From Vulcanimicrobiota bacterium (GTDB lineage Bacteria > Vulcanimicrobiota > Vulcanimicrobiia > Vulcanimicrobiales > Vulcanimicrobiaceae), in contig CAWHWQ010000003.1 of assembly GCA_963833095.1 (NCBI GenBank), positions 199,376 to 263,375 on the forward strand: 64,000 bases of DNA, given 5' to 3'. Shown piece by piece: positions 31,344 through 42,005 of the stretch (positions within the stretch are counted from its first letter, which is position 1; each line of letters starts with the position of its first letter). The translations under genes were made by a program, and so were the position numbers. The notes below the pieces were generated by a model. That model worked only from the letters and a program-made list of their open reading frames with translations. It did no database searches and was not told the origin of the DNA.

Positions 31344-32483
31344 CTACAGCCCACCAACGAAACCGCCTGGATTTAGCCGCCGCTGCGGATCGAAGCGGTC
31401 TTTTAGAGCGCGCATCAACGCAAATGAGGGCGGCGGCGTTCCCCATGGATCGAACACAGCCCGAATCGCCGCCGGGGCTTCCGTCGTCACCAAGGTACCG
31501 CCGGCGCCTTCCACCCACGCACGGGCCGCTGCTAACGTCGGGAGCAAGCGTGAAACGTCGGTGCAATCGCCGCTCACGAATGCCGCCCCGACGAGCGGAT
31601 AGGCCGTCGCATTCGCTGACCCCAGCAAGCTATAGAGCGGGGCGACGGCTCGCGCGTGCAACTCTTCCAACATCGAGGGCGCGGCGGTGATCTTTACTTG
31701 CAGATCGCCGGCGGTTCGGGCCACTTCATGACGGCCATTCAAGCTTACACCCTCGCTTTGCGCGCGATCTGCTAGCGCAAGTAACGTTTCGCGCTGCGCC
31801 GCGACGCCCGCCGGGAATCCCTCGAAGCGCACGGCGCACGCATACGACGTGCCGTCAAAGGTAGCGAAGACGGCGCTGGGCTCGAGTTGTGCCTTGGTCA
31901 TCGTCGCGCAGAGCGAACGCAGCGTCGCCGCGTCGCATCCGGAAAATACGACATCGCATGAAGCCTGTGGCAGCGGATGCAGGCGAAACGTGATCGTGCC
32001 GACCATCGCGAGCGTCCCGTACGTGCCAACCATGAGCTTGGGAATGTCGAAACCCGCGACATTTTTAACGACTTTTCCGCCTCCGCGCGCGATCGTTCCA
32101 TCCGCGCGCACGATCGTCATGCCGACGATCACGTCGCGCGCCGTTCCATAGCGCGTTCGTAGTGGCCCGTAGCCTGCGCTCGAAACGACACCGCCGATCG
32201 TCGTGCGCTCCGGCGCCGGAGGATCGATCGCGAGGCGCTGCTTGTGCTCGTGAAGCGCTGCTTGCAGCCGCGCGACGGTCATACCCGCTTGCACGGTGAC
32301 GATTTGATCCGATGGTACATACTCGACAATCTCGGCGAGCGCGCGCGTCGACACCGTCTCGTCGACCTGCACGCGCAACGGGCCGCCCGCGCGATCCGCG
32401 CCGGTAAGGCCGACCGTTCGACGTTTGACGGCAAACTCGCGCAGGAGATCGGATGCTTCCTCGAGCGATGCGGGCGCGTGCAT
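31344..32483 (-). CDS. glcE: Glycolate oxidase FAD-binding subunit
   Basis: 'GGKVVKNVAGFD', 'FDPQRRLNPG'. Confidence 0.87.
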   Translation of the reverse strand: MHAPASLEEASDLLREFAVKRRTVGLTGADRAGGPLRVQVDETVSTRALAEIVEYVPSDQIVTVQAGMTVARLQAALHEHKQRLAIDPPAPERTTIGGVVSSAGYGPLRTRYGTARDVIVGMTIVRADGTIARGGGKVVKNVAGFDIPKLMVGTYGTLAMVGTITFRLHPLPQASCDVVFSGCDAATLRSLCATMTKAQLEPSAVFATFDGTSYACAVRFEGFPAGVAAQRETLLALADRAQSEGVSLNGRHEVARTAGDLQVKITAAPSMLEELHARAVAPLYSLLGSANATAYPLVGAAFVSGDCTDVSRLLPTLAAARAWVEGAGGTLVTTEAPAAIRAVFDPWGTPPPSFALMRALKDRFDPQRRLNPGGFVGGL

Positions 32484-33871
32484 TACCGGACTCCAGCGCT
32501 ATCGCCGCAGATGCGCGGCGCTGGAAAGACCTTGGTCGGATTGAACGTTCGCGTTGCATCGAAAGCGCAGCGCACGTAGTGCATCGTCTCGAGGTCATCA
32601 TCACTGAACATTTCGCCCATATAGGCGGCCTTGTCGGCGCCGACGCCGTGCTCGCCGGTAATCGACCCGCCGTACTTGATACAGATCTGCAGAATCTCCG
32701 ACGCAACGTGTTCGGCGCGCTCGGACTCGTCGCCCGAACGCGCGTCATAGAGCACGAGTGGGTGCAGGTTCCCGTCGCCCGCGTGAAAGACATTGGCAAT
32801 GCGAAAGCCCGAACGGTGCGAAAGGTCGGCAATCTCGCGCAGCACGCGCGCGATGTCCGAACGTGGTATGACGCCGTCCTGCACGTAGTAGTTGGGACTG
32901 ATGCGTCCCATCGCGGCGAAGGCACCCTTGCGCCCCTTCCACATCAGCGCGCGCTCGCTCTCGTCGCGCGGGTTGCGGATTTCGAGCGCACCGATTCGCT
33001 CCAATATGGCAACCGCCGCGTCGGCCGTCTCCTCGACCTCGGCGGTATAACCATCGACGTCCATAAGGAGTGCGGCGCCGACGTCGAGCGGCCAGTCGAC
33101 GTGCGTAGCGGCCACGATCGCTTCAATTGCCAGTGCGTCCATCATCTCGATTGCCGCGGGAACGATTCCAGCCGAGATGATCTGCGAAACCGCCTCTCCC
33201 GCCTCATCGGTCGAGGGGAAGGTTGCGAACACCGTGCGCGTCGCTTGCGGCTTGCGCAAAAAGCGGACGACGACCTCGGTTACAATGCCGAGCAAGCCTT
33301 CGCTGCCGATGACGGCACTGGTCAGATCGTAGCCGATCGGATCGGCGACGGAACTCCCGATCTCGACGACTTCACCGCTCGCTAGCACCATCGTCAAGGC
33401 GACGACGTGATTGATCGTAAAGCCGTATTTCAAACAATGCGCGCCGCCCGAGTTTTCTGCCACGTTGCCGCCGATGGAACAGACGCTCTGCGAGCTGGGA
33501 TCCGGCGCGTAGTAGTAGCCGAGAGGCGCAAGATGCTTGCTGATATCGAGATTGATCACACCGGGCTGCACGCGCATCCGTTGATTCTCAATGTCTACCT
33601 CGAGAATCGCGTGCATCCGTGAGGTCCCGATTACCACTGCACCCTCGATCGGCAGTGCCCCGCCTGACAGACCGGTGCCTGAGCCGCGCGGTACGATCGG
33701 CATGCCAAGCTCGCCGGCACGAACGATGCAGCGCGCGACTTCGTCCGTCGTCGCCGGGAGCACGACAGCCGCCGGCCGGACGCGCGTACCGGTAAGGCCA
33801 TCGCACTCATAGACGCGTAGGCCGGCCGGGTCGGTTATACAGTTCTCTGCGCCGACGATATCTGAAAACAC
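32483..33871 (-). CDS. glcD: Glycolate oxidase FAD-linked subunit
   Basis: 'PRGSGTGLSGG', 'APDPSSQ', 'HAGDGNLHP', 'GEHGVG'. Confidence 0.9.
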   Translation of the reverse strand: MFSDIVGAENCITDPAGLRVYECDGLTGTRVRPAAVVLPATTDEVARCIVRAGELGMPIVPRGSGTGLSGGALPIEGAVVIGTSRMHAILEVDIENQRMRVQPGVINLDISKHLAPLGYYYAPDPSSQSVCSIGGNVAENSGGAHCLKYGFTINHVVALTMVLASGEVVEIGSSVADPIGYDLTSAVIGSEGLLGIVTEVVVRFLRKPQATRTVFATFPSTDEAGEAVSQIISAGIVPAAIEMMDALAIEAIVAATHVDWPLDVGAALLMDVDGYTAEVEETADAAVAILERIGALEIRNPRDESERALMWKGRKGAFAAMGRISPNYYVQDGVIPRSDIARVLREIADLSHRSGFRIANVFHAGDGNLHPLVLYDARSGDESERAEHVASEILQICIKYGGSITGEHGVGADKAAYMGEMFSDDDLETMHYVRCAFDATRTFNPTKVFPAPRICGDSAGVR

Positions 33872-33995
33872 GTTGCTGCCTTCGCGGCCCGGGTCTGCAG
33901 TCCCCAGGTTCGTCAGGCAGGCGCAGAGCAACAAGAACGTCGCGACGCGAAAGTTCGGAGGGACTCTCCTGTTCGCTCGCCGTAGCTGCCCACTG

Positions 33996-36490
33996 ATGAA
34001 GCGTCTTCTTTTCTGCGTGCTCGCATGCGCAGTGTTTTTCTCGTATGCTGCAGGGGCCGGCGCCGCGGATGCCCCAAACGACCCCTACGCTGCGTTCACG
34101 GCCTCAGCAAACGGTCAGCATGGGCTCTTCGGTGTATGGCACAAGGCAGGTCACGTCTACATCGACCTCACGACCGGCCAACTCGACAAGGACTATCTCG
34201 AGACGATCGTCCCCGGCAACGGCTTCGGCGGCAACTTCATCGTCTGGGGCAACACCGATCATCTGCCGGCGATGCTGGTGCGCTTTCATCGCGTGCCGGC
34301 GGCAACATCGCGATCGTCTGGCCGAACACATCGTTCGTCGCGCCGGGGAGCGCCTCAGGGACGCAAGCGGTGCGCGGAATTTCCCGCAGTCGGTCGTCGG
34401 CATCGGGAAGATCGTCGCCGAGGGCGCCGGCCACATCGTATTCGACGCGTCGCCGCTCTTCTATGACGTGCTCAATATCGACCACATCATCAACGGTTCG
34501 CTGCGCACGACGCCCGGCACGGCGTATCACCTCGATCCGGCGCGCACTTATTTCGGTCAAACCAAGGCGTTTCCCGAGAACGTCTTGATCGACGTCGAGC
34601 AGCTCTGGGCTACGAGCGAGCCGCACGTCGCGCCGGACACCGCGCCCGACTCGCGCAGCGTGCAGATGGACGTCGCCTATAATTTCGTGCAGCTGCCGCA
34701 CGATGACGGTACATGCCGCGCTACGCCGACGATCGCGTCGGCATCTATGACGATATCTACCTCGACTTTGCGAACGATCGATACGCTCCCGACCGCCACC
34801 TGCGCTATCTGGTGCGCTGGAATTTCGCGCCGGAGCGATCCGACAAAACTCTCGCCCGCGACGCATCCGATGGTCTTCTGCATGAGCAAGACGATTCCGC
34901 CGAGAGTTTCGCAAAGCGATTCGCGACGCCGTCTTGCACTGGAACGTTGCGTTCGGAAAGATCGGTATCCGCGACGCGCTGCAAGTTATCGACAGCCAGA
35001 CGATCCGAACTGGGATCGCCGACGACGTGCGCTACAACGTGTTTGCGCTGGGTGACCGAACAGCAGCCCAGTTTCGGCGCGGACTCACAGACGCTTTTCG
35101 ATCCGCGTACCGGCGAAGAGTTTCGGACCGGCATTTTGATCTCGGCCGACAGCGCGCGCGGTTCCGGCGAAGAGTGGCGCACGATCATCGATCCCGTACG
35201 CAACGGCCGCGACACCGATCCCGTCCCCGACAATTCATCTACGATCGTTTCCAATCCGAGATCATGCACGAGACCGGCCATAATCTCGGGCATGCAGCAC
35301 AACTTCATCGGCTCGATGGCCTACACCGCGAAGCAGCTGCAGGACCCGAACTTCACGCACAATTCGGCATCGCGTCAACCGTGATGGAGTACGCCCCGAC
35401 CAACATCTGGCCCGAAAGGCTACGGACAGGCGATCCTACTATCAGACGGTGCTCGGGCCGTACGATTACTACGCGATGAAATTCACCTACGCGTCGATTC
35501 CGGGCGCCAAGACGCCGGAGGACGAGCTGCCGACGCTGCGACGGTGGGCGGCGTCGTGGTCGAATCCCCTGTACCGCTATGGTTCGGACGAAGACGTCTC
35601 ATGGGGCAACGGCCACGCCGCCGATCCGCGTGTGGAAACGGGCGAGCTCTCTACCGATCAGCTCGGATGGACGGTGGTACAGCTCAATATGAATCGCGCG
35701 CTGATGGATCGCGACGCAATGATGTTGCCGCACGACGGCCGCGCGTACGAATCGGCAACCGTGGCTTTTCGCGCATCGCTGATGCGCTACATCTCGCTGG
35801 CTTCCAAGACTGCGCACTGGATCGGCGGCCAATACATCTCGCGCGCACACCGCGGCGATCCCGGCGCGCCACTGCCGATCGTGCCTGTACCACTCGAGAT
35901 CCAACAGCGCGCGTTTACCATCTTGAGCGGCTACTTGTTCTCCGATGCGCACCTGCGCTTCTCGCCTGCGGTGCTCGACAAACTCGGATATTCCGAGTGG
36001 GCCGGATACGGCTATGTTGGATGGGAGACCTACGGCAATCTTCCGCTCTGGGCGTACAACCCGCCGGAGCGTCATGATTTCCCGATCGTCGACCAAATCG
36101 GCAAATGCGCAACGCTCGACGATCGACTACCTCTTTCAGCCCGCGGTACTTGCGCGCTTGGAGCAAAATCCGCTCGAATCGACCGGCCCGACCCTGGGTC
36201 TGCCGCAATTGTTCGGATGGATGCAAACGGCGATCTACGGCGGTAATGCCCAGGCGATCTCGCTCCTTCGCCGCAATCTCCAGGCCATCTACGAGGACAA
36301 GTTGATCGCGCTCGCGACCGCGCCGCAACCTGGTGCTCCGCCCGACGCACAGTCGCTTGCGCGCCTCGAACTCGAACGCCTTGCTTCAATCGCAACAGCT
36401 CAGGCGCCACACGCTACTGACGATGCAACGCGCGCGCATCTGCAAACGCTGGCACAAAAAGCCGACGCGGCATTGCGGCCGTCACGCTGA
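33996..36490 (+). CDS. Secreted zinc-dependent metalloprotease (DUF5117/DUF4953-type); many frameshifts
   Basis: Signal peptide; 'DPRTGE'; 'HETGHNLGMQHNF'; 'STVMEY' Met-turn; 'GPYDYYA', spread over several frames. Confidence 0.8.
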
Positions 36491-37425
36491 TGCTCGACCC
36501 GCGAATCACGCTGCTGCACTGGCTCTCGGTCGCACAGGGGCGACAGTTTCGGCCGGGGGCAACCGTCGCGCAGGTACGTGCCGGTTATGCCGAACTCAAT
36601 CGCCGTTTCGGGATGCCGCCGGTTCACGATATCGAGACCAGCACGGTGACAATACCCACGCGCGACGGCGTCATGCTTTCGGCGCATCTTCATCGGCCAA
36701 AAGGTGGAAGATCGCCGTTACCGGTGTTGCTCTTCTTCCATGGCGGCGGGTGGGTCATCGGGGATGTGGCGAGTTACGATCACCTGACGCGTTACTTTGC
36801 GCACGAGGGCTCGATCGCGGTCCTTTCCGTGGAGTACCGCTTGGGCCCCGAGCACCGCTTTCCCGTCGCTTACGAGGATGCGTTCGACGCGCTAGGCTGG
36901 CTCCAGCGCGAGGCTACCACGCTCGCCCTCGATCCACGCCGCATCGCGGTCGGAGGCGATTCGGCCGGTGCGGGTCTGGCAGCAACGCTCAGTGCCTTTG
37001 CGAAGAGTGAGGGCCTCGAGCGTCCCGCGTATCAATTCCTGATCTATCCGCCGCTGGATGCGACCGAACGCTTTCCCTCGCGACGCAAGTTCAACAAAGG
37101 TGTGCCGCTGACACCGGAACTACGAACGTGGTTTATGCAAAACTTCTTTCGCTCGAAGGATGACGCGTCGAATCCCTGGCTTACGCAAATTGACGCACCC
37201 GATCCGGCCTCGTTGCCGCCGACCTATCTCTTGGCCGCCGGCTACGACGCCCTGGTGGACGAGGGTCGTTACTACGCCGATCGACTACGCGACGCGGGGG
37301 TACCGGTTGTGTACGACCTACGGCCGACGCTTGCACACGGCTTTGTCAATATCCCACGCATTCTGCCCGAAGCTAGGAGGGGGCTGCGCGACGGCATTCG
37401 CGCCGTGAGTGCCGCTCTTGCCTAA
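36490..37425 (+). CDS. HSL-family esterase/lipase
   Basis: 'HGGGW', 'YRLGPEH', 'GDSAG', 'HGF'. Confidence 0.92.
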   Translation: MLDPRITLLHWLSVAQGRQFRPGATVAQVRAGYAELNRRFGMPPVHDIETSTVTIPTRDGVMLSAHLHRPKGGRSPLPVLLFFHGGGWVIGDVASYDHLTRYFAHEGSIAVLSVEYRLGPEHRFPVAYEDAFDALGWLQREATTLALDPRRIAVGGDSAGAGLAATLSAFAKSEGLERPAYQFLIYPPLDATERFPSRRKFNKGVPLTPELRTWFMQNFFRSKDDASNPWLTQIDAPDPASLPPTYLLAAGYDALVDEGRYYADRLRDAGVPVVYDLRPTLAHGFVNIPRILPEARRGLRDGIRAVSAALA

Positions 37426-38048
37426 AGGCGGTAGAGCCACGGGATGCGCGGCGCGAACGCGTAGTTGAGTTGAATCGCAAACGTCAGTCCGATGCTCAGC
37501 CACGTATTCACAAAGCAAAGCCCGGCGGCAATGGCGTAAAGTACCTGCGCGCTTACGATCCGATGTATTAGCGCGTGGTAGCCGACCGCCAAATGTTCTT
37601 TGAAAAGGCCCGCGCGGTAGGCATGCAACTGGCTCACGTACAGCATCAAACCCAAAAACAGAATGTTCGCCCAATAGATCAGGATCGCCGCGCGGAAGGT
37701 GATGAACTCGGCCAACAGCGCCGTCGAAAACGGCTCGAGGACCACGGCGAACATGAACCCTATTTGAATCCAGGATACGTCTCGATCGGCGACCCGCAAG
37801 GCGCTTAGTTGCGTCTGTTGGCCGACCCAAAAGATGCCCAGCGTGACAAAGGTCATCACGCACGTCAAGAGGTGCGGCGCCAGGCGCAGCAACGCGTGCC
37901 AAAGGTCGCTTTCGGAATGAATCGCCGCGATATCGGGCACGCGAAGATTCAGCACGAGCAGCGTCATCGCAAATGCGAAGATGCCGTCGCTTAAAGCCGC
38001 AAGGCGCGCGAGATCACGCCCGGCCACCTCGTTGTAGAGTTTCCCCAC
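37422..38048 (-). CDS. TMEM175 family potassium channel-like protein
   Basis: 'RLAALSDGIFAFAMTLLVL' signature. Confidence 0.88.
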   Translation of the reverse strand: MGKLYNEVAGRDLARLAALSDGIFAFAMTLLVLNLRVPDIAAIHSESDLWHALLRLAPHLLTCVMTFVTLGIFWVGQQTQLSALRVADRDVSWIQIGFMFAVVLEPFSTALLAEFITFRAAILIYWANILFLGLMLYVSQLHAYRAGLFKEHLAVGYHALIHRIVSAQVLYAIAAGLCFVNTWLSIGLTFAIQLNYAFAPRIPWLYRL

Positions 38049-38074
38049 AACGAAGTGGCTTCGGGATCGATCGT

Positions 38075-38704
38075 CTACGGCCCGCCCGACGACGTCGAAG
38101 TCGTTACGGTCGTCGTCACGGTGGTCGACGTTTTCGGCGTCGAGGTCACGCCCGTGCGCATCGAGTCAAAGCGCTGCCACGCTCCCGGTGAGAGCGCCGG
38201 CGGAGCCGGCACATATGCAGCAAACTCGACCGGCGCAACCGGAACGGCAACTGCTATTGGGACGGCCACCGGAACCGGTACCAGCGTTCCTCCGGCAAAG
38301 GTCATCGCGATGACCGCGCTCGTTTCGGGCGCATCGGGATACGACGTCTTCATCTCACCCAGCGTCGCCACCGCGCGATCGCTCGATGACGCTCCGATGC
38401 GATGGTAATCGCGCAACAAGCGCGCGTAGGTCCGCGGCAGCCACGGATCATTTGGATACTGCTGGTGCCAGTCGCTCACCGAGTCAGCGACATCGTCCAG
38501 CTCGACGATCGCGTTGCCGTCGACCATTTCCCGATCGCTCTTCGCATCCATGCGGTCGAGGCGGTTGCGGATCTCTAAGATGCTTTGCTTGTGGGGTCCA
38601 AAGTATTCGTCGGCGGGGGCAGGTCCGGAATAGGTCGCAGCCAGCGTACTCATAGGAATGCCGGCAAAGATCAAGACGGCCAATAGGCCGATCATCGTTC
38701 GCAT
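38075..38704 (-). CDS. Secreted hypothetical protein
   Basis: Signal peptide; 'APADEYFG'; helical core; Pro/Val- and Thr-rich tail. Confidence 0.65.
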   Translation of the reverse strand: MRTMIGLLAVLIFAGIPMSTLAATYSGPAPADEYFGPHKQSILEIRNRLDRMDAKSDREMVDGNAIVELDDVADSVSDWHQQYPNDPWLPRTYARLLRDYHRIGASSSDRAVATLGEMKTSYPDAPETSAVIAMTFAGGTLVPVPVAVPIAVAVPVAPVEFAAYVPAPPALSPGAWQRFDSMRTGVTSTPKTSTTVTTTVTTSTSSGGP

Positions 38705-38777
38705 TTTAGGGTGCCCTCAATTGTGTGGAAAGAGGCGCCGTCTCTAAGACGGCGCCTCGATGCGCTAAGTTGGTGCT

Positions 38778-40418
38778 CTAAGGTCTCCCTGGTCCACGCG
38801 GATGGTTTCCGCTGTTGCTTGCGTGCGAAGGCGCACTCCGAGAGTTCTGTTGCGGCCGGTAGTATTGCATCCGCTGCTGCGGCGCACCGTACTGGCGTTG
38901 TGCCTGGTACGATTGCCGCGGCGCTCCATAGGACTGATACTGCCGCTGGGGTTGCTGATACGAGCCGTACTGACGCCGGGGTTGCTGATACGAGCCGTAC
39001 TGACGCTGAGGTTGCTGATACGAGCCGTACTGACGCTGAGGTTGCTGATACGAGCCGTACTGACGCTGAGGTTGCTGGTACGAGCCGTACTGCCGCTGAG
39101 GTTGCTGGTACGAGCCGTACGGACGCGCGTACGAAGGATAGCGTTGTTGCGTCGTGCCGCCGCTGAAGCGCTGCCAACCCGCAGACGGCGCGACACTGCG
39201 ACTGGGCGCGTTCGCTGCGAAGCGCGACGCACTCATCGGGTGGTCGCGGGTAACGAAGCCGTGTGAATAGTTGCGGTAGCTCGTTACTGACGCGCCGGCT
39301 GAGAATGACGCGCCTCGGCCCCACCACGGACGGTAGGACTCGCCAGGCGCAAGTGGCACCCAGCCGACGTTGCCCAACCCGACCCCGACGCGAACGCCGC
39401 CGCCGAATCCAACGAACGCAACGAGTGCGGGCGACCATACCGGCCGCGCATAGCGCGGACCCGGCGTCCAAGCCCAGCCGACACTCGACGCGTAGAACCA
39501 GCGGCCATAGTGATACGGTGCCCAGCCCCACGGTTCGGCCGCGACCCAGGTCGGGCCGTAGTAATTGAGCGAGACCCACGAACCGTCGCTGTACGGCGTC
39601 CAGCCCGGTGCGACGCCATTCGGGACCCAGGCGTTGCCGTAGCCCGGGATGTCGACCCAGTTCCCATACTGATTGAGGTCTGCCGTCCCGGTCATGTCGC
39701 TTGGGACATATTGCGATTGAGCGCTGGCGCCGGACGCGAGCATCTGATCGCGCTGATCACCCCACGCCTCGATATCGCTCTGCGCGACTTCGTCAATGTA
39801 TTGGTACTGCGGATTATTTGCCGTTCCGGCGACGACCATCGTGCGGCCCGGATCGACTTCTTGGGTTCCCTGCGGCGTCACCACGGCAACGCTGCCGCTG
39901 CGCGCGGTTACCTGCGTGTTTCCGTCACTGGTTACGGTAACCAGATAGGAACCGGGCTCGGAAGGCTCAACGTCGACCGACGGCGTCTGCACTTGCACGT
40001 TGTCTTGGCCGCTTGCGAAGACGCGCACTTCGAGCGATCCCTCGGCAAGCTGGGTGACATCGTGGGCGCCGTCGAGTTGCGTGAAGCGCACCTGTGTATT
40101 GGCTCCGGCTCGGACGAGATTGTCTGCATCGAGCTGCACTTCAGCGTGTCCGTCGTTGCCCGTCGTAATATAGTCGCCGGCTACAACCGGCGCATTTTCG
40201 CTCGCCGCAGCTTGGTCGGCGGTGTCACCGTGTTTGAGCCCTACCTGACCATCGACGACCGATAAACGGGCGACGGCCGGCGGTGCGCCGGCTGCAGGCG
40301 AAACGGCGCCAGCATCATCCTGCTGAGCGCGAGCCGGCGCGACAGCGCCTGCAAAAGATGCCGCGAGCGTAGCGGCGAGAACAAGCGCGAACGGCGCGCG
40401 AATAATTGTAACGTGCAT
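38778..40418 (-). CDS. Secreted FecR-like plus DUF6600-type protein with Q/Y/G/S-rich C-terminal repeats
   Basis: Signal peptide; 'VARLSVVDGQV'; FecR-like strands; 'GWTPYSDGSW', 'EPWGWAPYHYGRW', 'WSPALVAF', 'GWVPLAPGE'. Confidence 0.85.
   Translation of the reverse strand: MHVTIIRAPFALVLAATLAASFAGAVAPARAQQDDAGAVSPAAGAPPAVARLSVVDGQVGLKHGDTADQAAASENAPVVAGDYITTGNDGHAEVQLDADNLVRAGANTQVRFTQLDGAHDVTQLAEGSLEVRVFASGQDNVQVQTPSVDVEPSEPGSYLVTVTSDGNTQVTARSGSVAVVTPQGTQEVDPGRTMVVAGTANNPQYQYIDEVAQSDIEAWGDQRDQMLASGASAQSQYVPSDMTGTADLNQYGNWVDIPGYGNAWVPNGVAPGWTPYSDGSWVSLNYYGPTWVAAEPWGWAPYHYGRWFYASSVGWAWTPGPRYARPVWSPALVAFVGFGGGVRVGVGLGNVGWVPLAPGESYRPWWGRGASFSAGASVTSYRNYSHGFVTRDHPMSASRFAANAPSRSVAPSAGWQRFSGGTTQQRYPSYARPYGSYQQPQRQYGSYQQPQRQYGSYQQPQRQYGSYQQPQRQYGSYQQPRRQYGSYQQPQRQYQSYGAPRQSYQAQRQYGAPQQRMQYYRPQQNSRSAPSHASNSGNHPRGPGRP
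38941..39120 (-). repeat. Six tandem 30-bp repeats encoding YGSYQQP(Q/R)RQ
   Basis: Unit TGACGCTGAGGTTGCTGATACGAGCCGTAC on the + strand, head-to-tail without spacers, few substitutions. Confidence 0.97.
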
Positions 40419-40536
40419 CCTGTGCACTCCCATCGGCGGTCTGCGTCTTTTTGCATCGTGTCAACGTCGCACACCTTTGGGAAGTCGCCGGCGCCGACGA
40501 CATCTAATCTGATCCTTAACTTTGAGAATGCGTTGA

Positions 40537-41883
40537 CTATTTGGTCTCGATGCGCTCGGCGCCGTCCCAAGCCACTCCGCCGCCCTTCATGACAGCAAGC
40601 GAGCAGCTATCGCGATAGTGCGCCGCCACCGTGTCGTTGGCATTCATTGCCGCCACCCGCTGAAATGTTGTCCCCGCACTCAAAAAGAGCGCCTCTCGGT
40701 ATTGATTGACCGCACTGGCGAACAGATCGGTGCTATTGATCTTGTGCTGCTGCAATTCCGGCGCATCGTTGTCGAAACATTCGTAAATCTCGACGTTACG
40801 CGACTTGCCTTTGGCTTTGACGGCCCCCAAATGCCGCAAATGAAACCCGTGACCGGGCGGTAGCTTGTCTACTACCGGTTTGCCTACCAGCAGGGAGACC
40901 CCAAAGACTTTCGTGAGCCCCTCGATCCGCGCCGCAACGTTCACCGCATCCGCGATGACCGTCGTTTGCATACGGCTCTCTTCACCGATCGTTCCCAGAA
41001 TGAGCTCGCCGCAGTGTAAGCCGATGCCGATGCGCACCGGCTCGTAGCCGGCCTTCTTGCGCCCCTGATTGTACTTGACGAGTTCGCGCTGCAGTTCGAC
41101 GCCGGCGCGCAGCGCATCTGCAGGCTCACGCGGGAAGAGCGCCATGATCGCGTCTCCGATGTACTTGTCGATGAACCCGTGGTTGGCTCGCACAATCGGC
41201 GTCGCGCGTTTGAGGTATGAGTTGAGGAAATCGAAATTTTGTTGCGGCGTCATCGTTTCCGAAAGCCGCGTAAACTCCCGAATGTCCGAGAAAAACACCG
41301 TCATCTCGCGCTGCACGTGATCGCCCAAACGCACGTCGGCGATCGTCTTGCGCCCAAGATGCTCGAGAAATTCTTGCGGCACGAATTTGTTCGAAGCGCT
41401 CGAATACAGCTCAATCAGCGCCGTATCGTCAGGCTTTGCGGCGCGCAAGCGAATCGTAAACTCGCGCAAATTCTTGCGCTGCAAGCATAGCTCGATCCGC
41501 CGCGTGAGAATCAACGCGTTTGCCGCATCGAAGGGCGTCGCGATATAGTCCTCGGCTCCTCGCTGCAAGCAGGCTTGCACGCGATCGTTCGCCGTCGCCG
41601 GCGCGGTTACGATCACGGGAACGCGCGAGGTTTTGCCGTTTGCCGGTTGCGCCGCCCGCAGCACGTTGAACACGTCGTTGCTGGGCTGGATGAGATCCAG
41701 CAACACCAGATCAACGCTTCGTGAGGCAATTGCCTCGAGCGCCTCGACGACGCCGGTCACCGCAACCTGCGAGTGGCCCGCCCCGCGAAGGAGCGCCTCT
41801 AAAGTTCCGTTCTCGGCGGCGTTGCCGCCTACGCGAAGAATCCGTGCGGACTGCACCCATACACCTCCGGGGTGTAGCTTCAT
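40537..41883 (-). CDS. Receiver domain plus class III adenylate/guanylate cyclase
   Basis: 'DLVLLDL', 'GAEDYI.TPF'; cyclase 'FSDIREFT', 'DKYIGDAIMA', 'DAVNVAARIE'; start uncertain. Confidence 0.88.
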   Translation of the reverse strand: MKLHPGGVWVQSARILRVGGNAAENGTLEALLRGAGHSQVAVTGVVEALEAIASRSVDLVLLDLIQPSNDVFNVLRAAQPANGKTSRVPVIVTAPATANDRVQACLQRGAEDYIATPFDAANALILTRRIELCLQRKNLREFTIRLRAAKPDDTALIELYSSASNKFVPQEFLEHLGRKTIADVRLGDHVQREMTVFFSDIREFTRLSETMTPQQNFDFLNSYLKRATPIVRANHGFIDKYIGDAIMALFPREPADALRAGVELQRELVKYNQGRKKAGYEPVRIGIGLHCGELILGTIGEESRMQTTVIADAVNVAARIEGLTKVFGVSLLVGKPVVDKLPPGHGFHLRHLGAVKAKGKSRNVEIYECFDNDAPELQQHKINSTDLFASAVNQYREALFLSAGTTFQRVAAMNANDTVAAHYRDSCSLAVMKGGGVAWDGAERIETK

Positions 41884-42005
41884 CTCTAACGAAGAAGGTT
41901 TCCCTCGTCTATTTGGACCCTGGACCAACATACCAGAAGCTTGCTTACAGGAGCTTTACAATTCTGACGGATCGCCAAGGCATCGGGCGCGCGCTCACCC
42001 CGCTC

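Noticed and set aside
38941..39120. 30-bp repeats as a CRISPR array
   Set aside because: Units are head-to-tail with no unique spacers, are in frame within a CDS, and no cas genes are present
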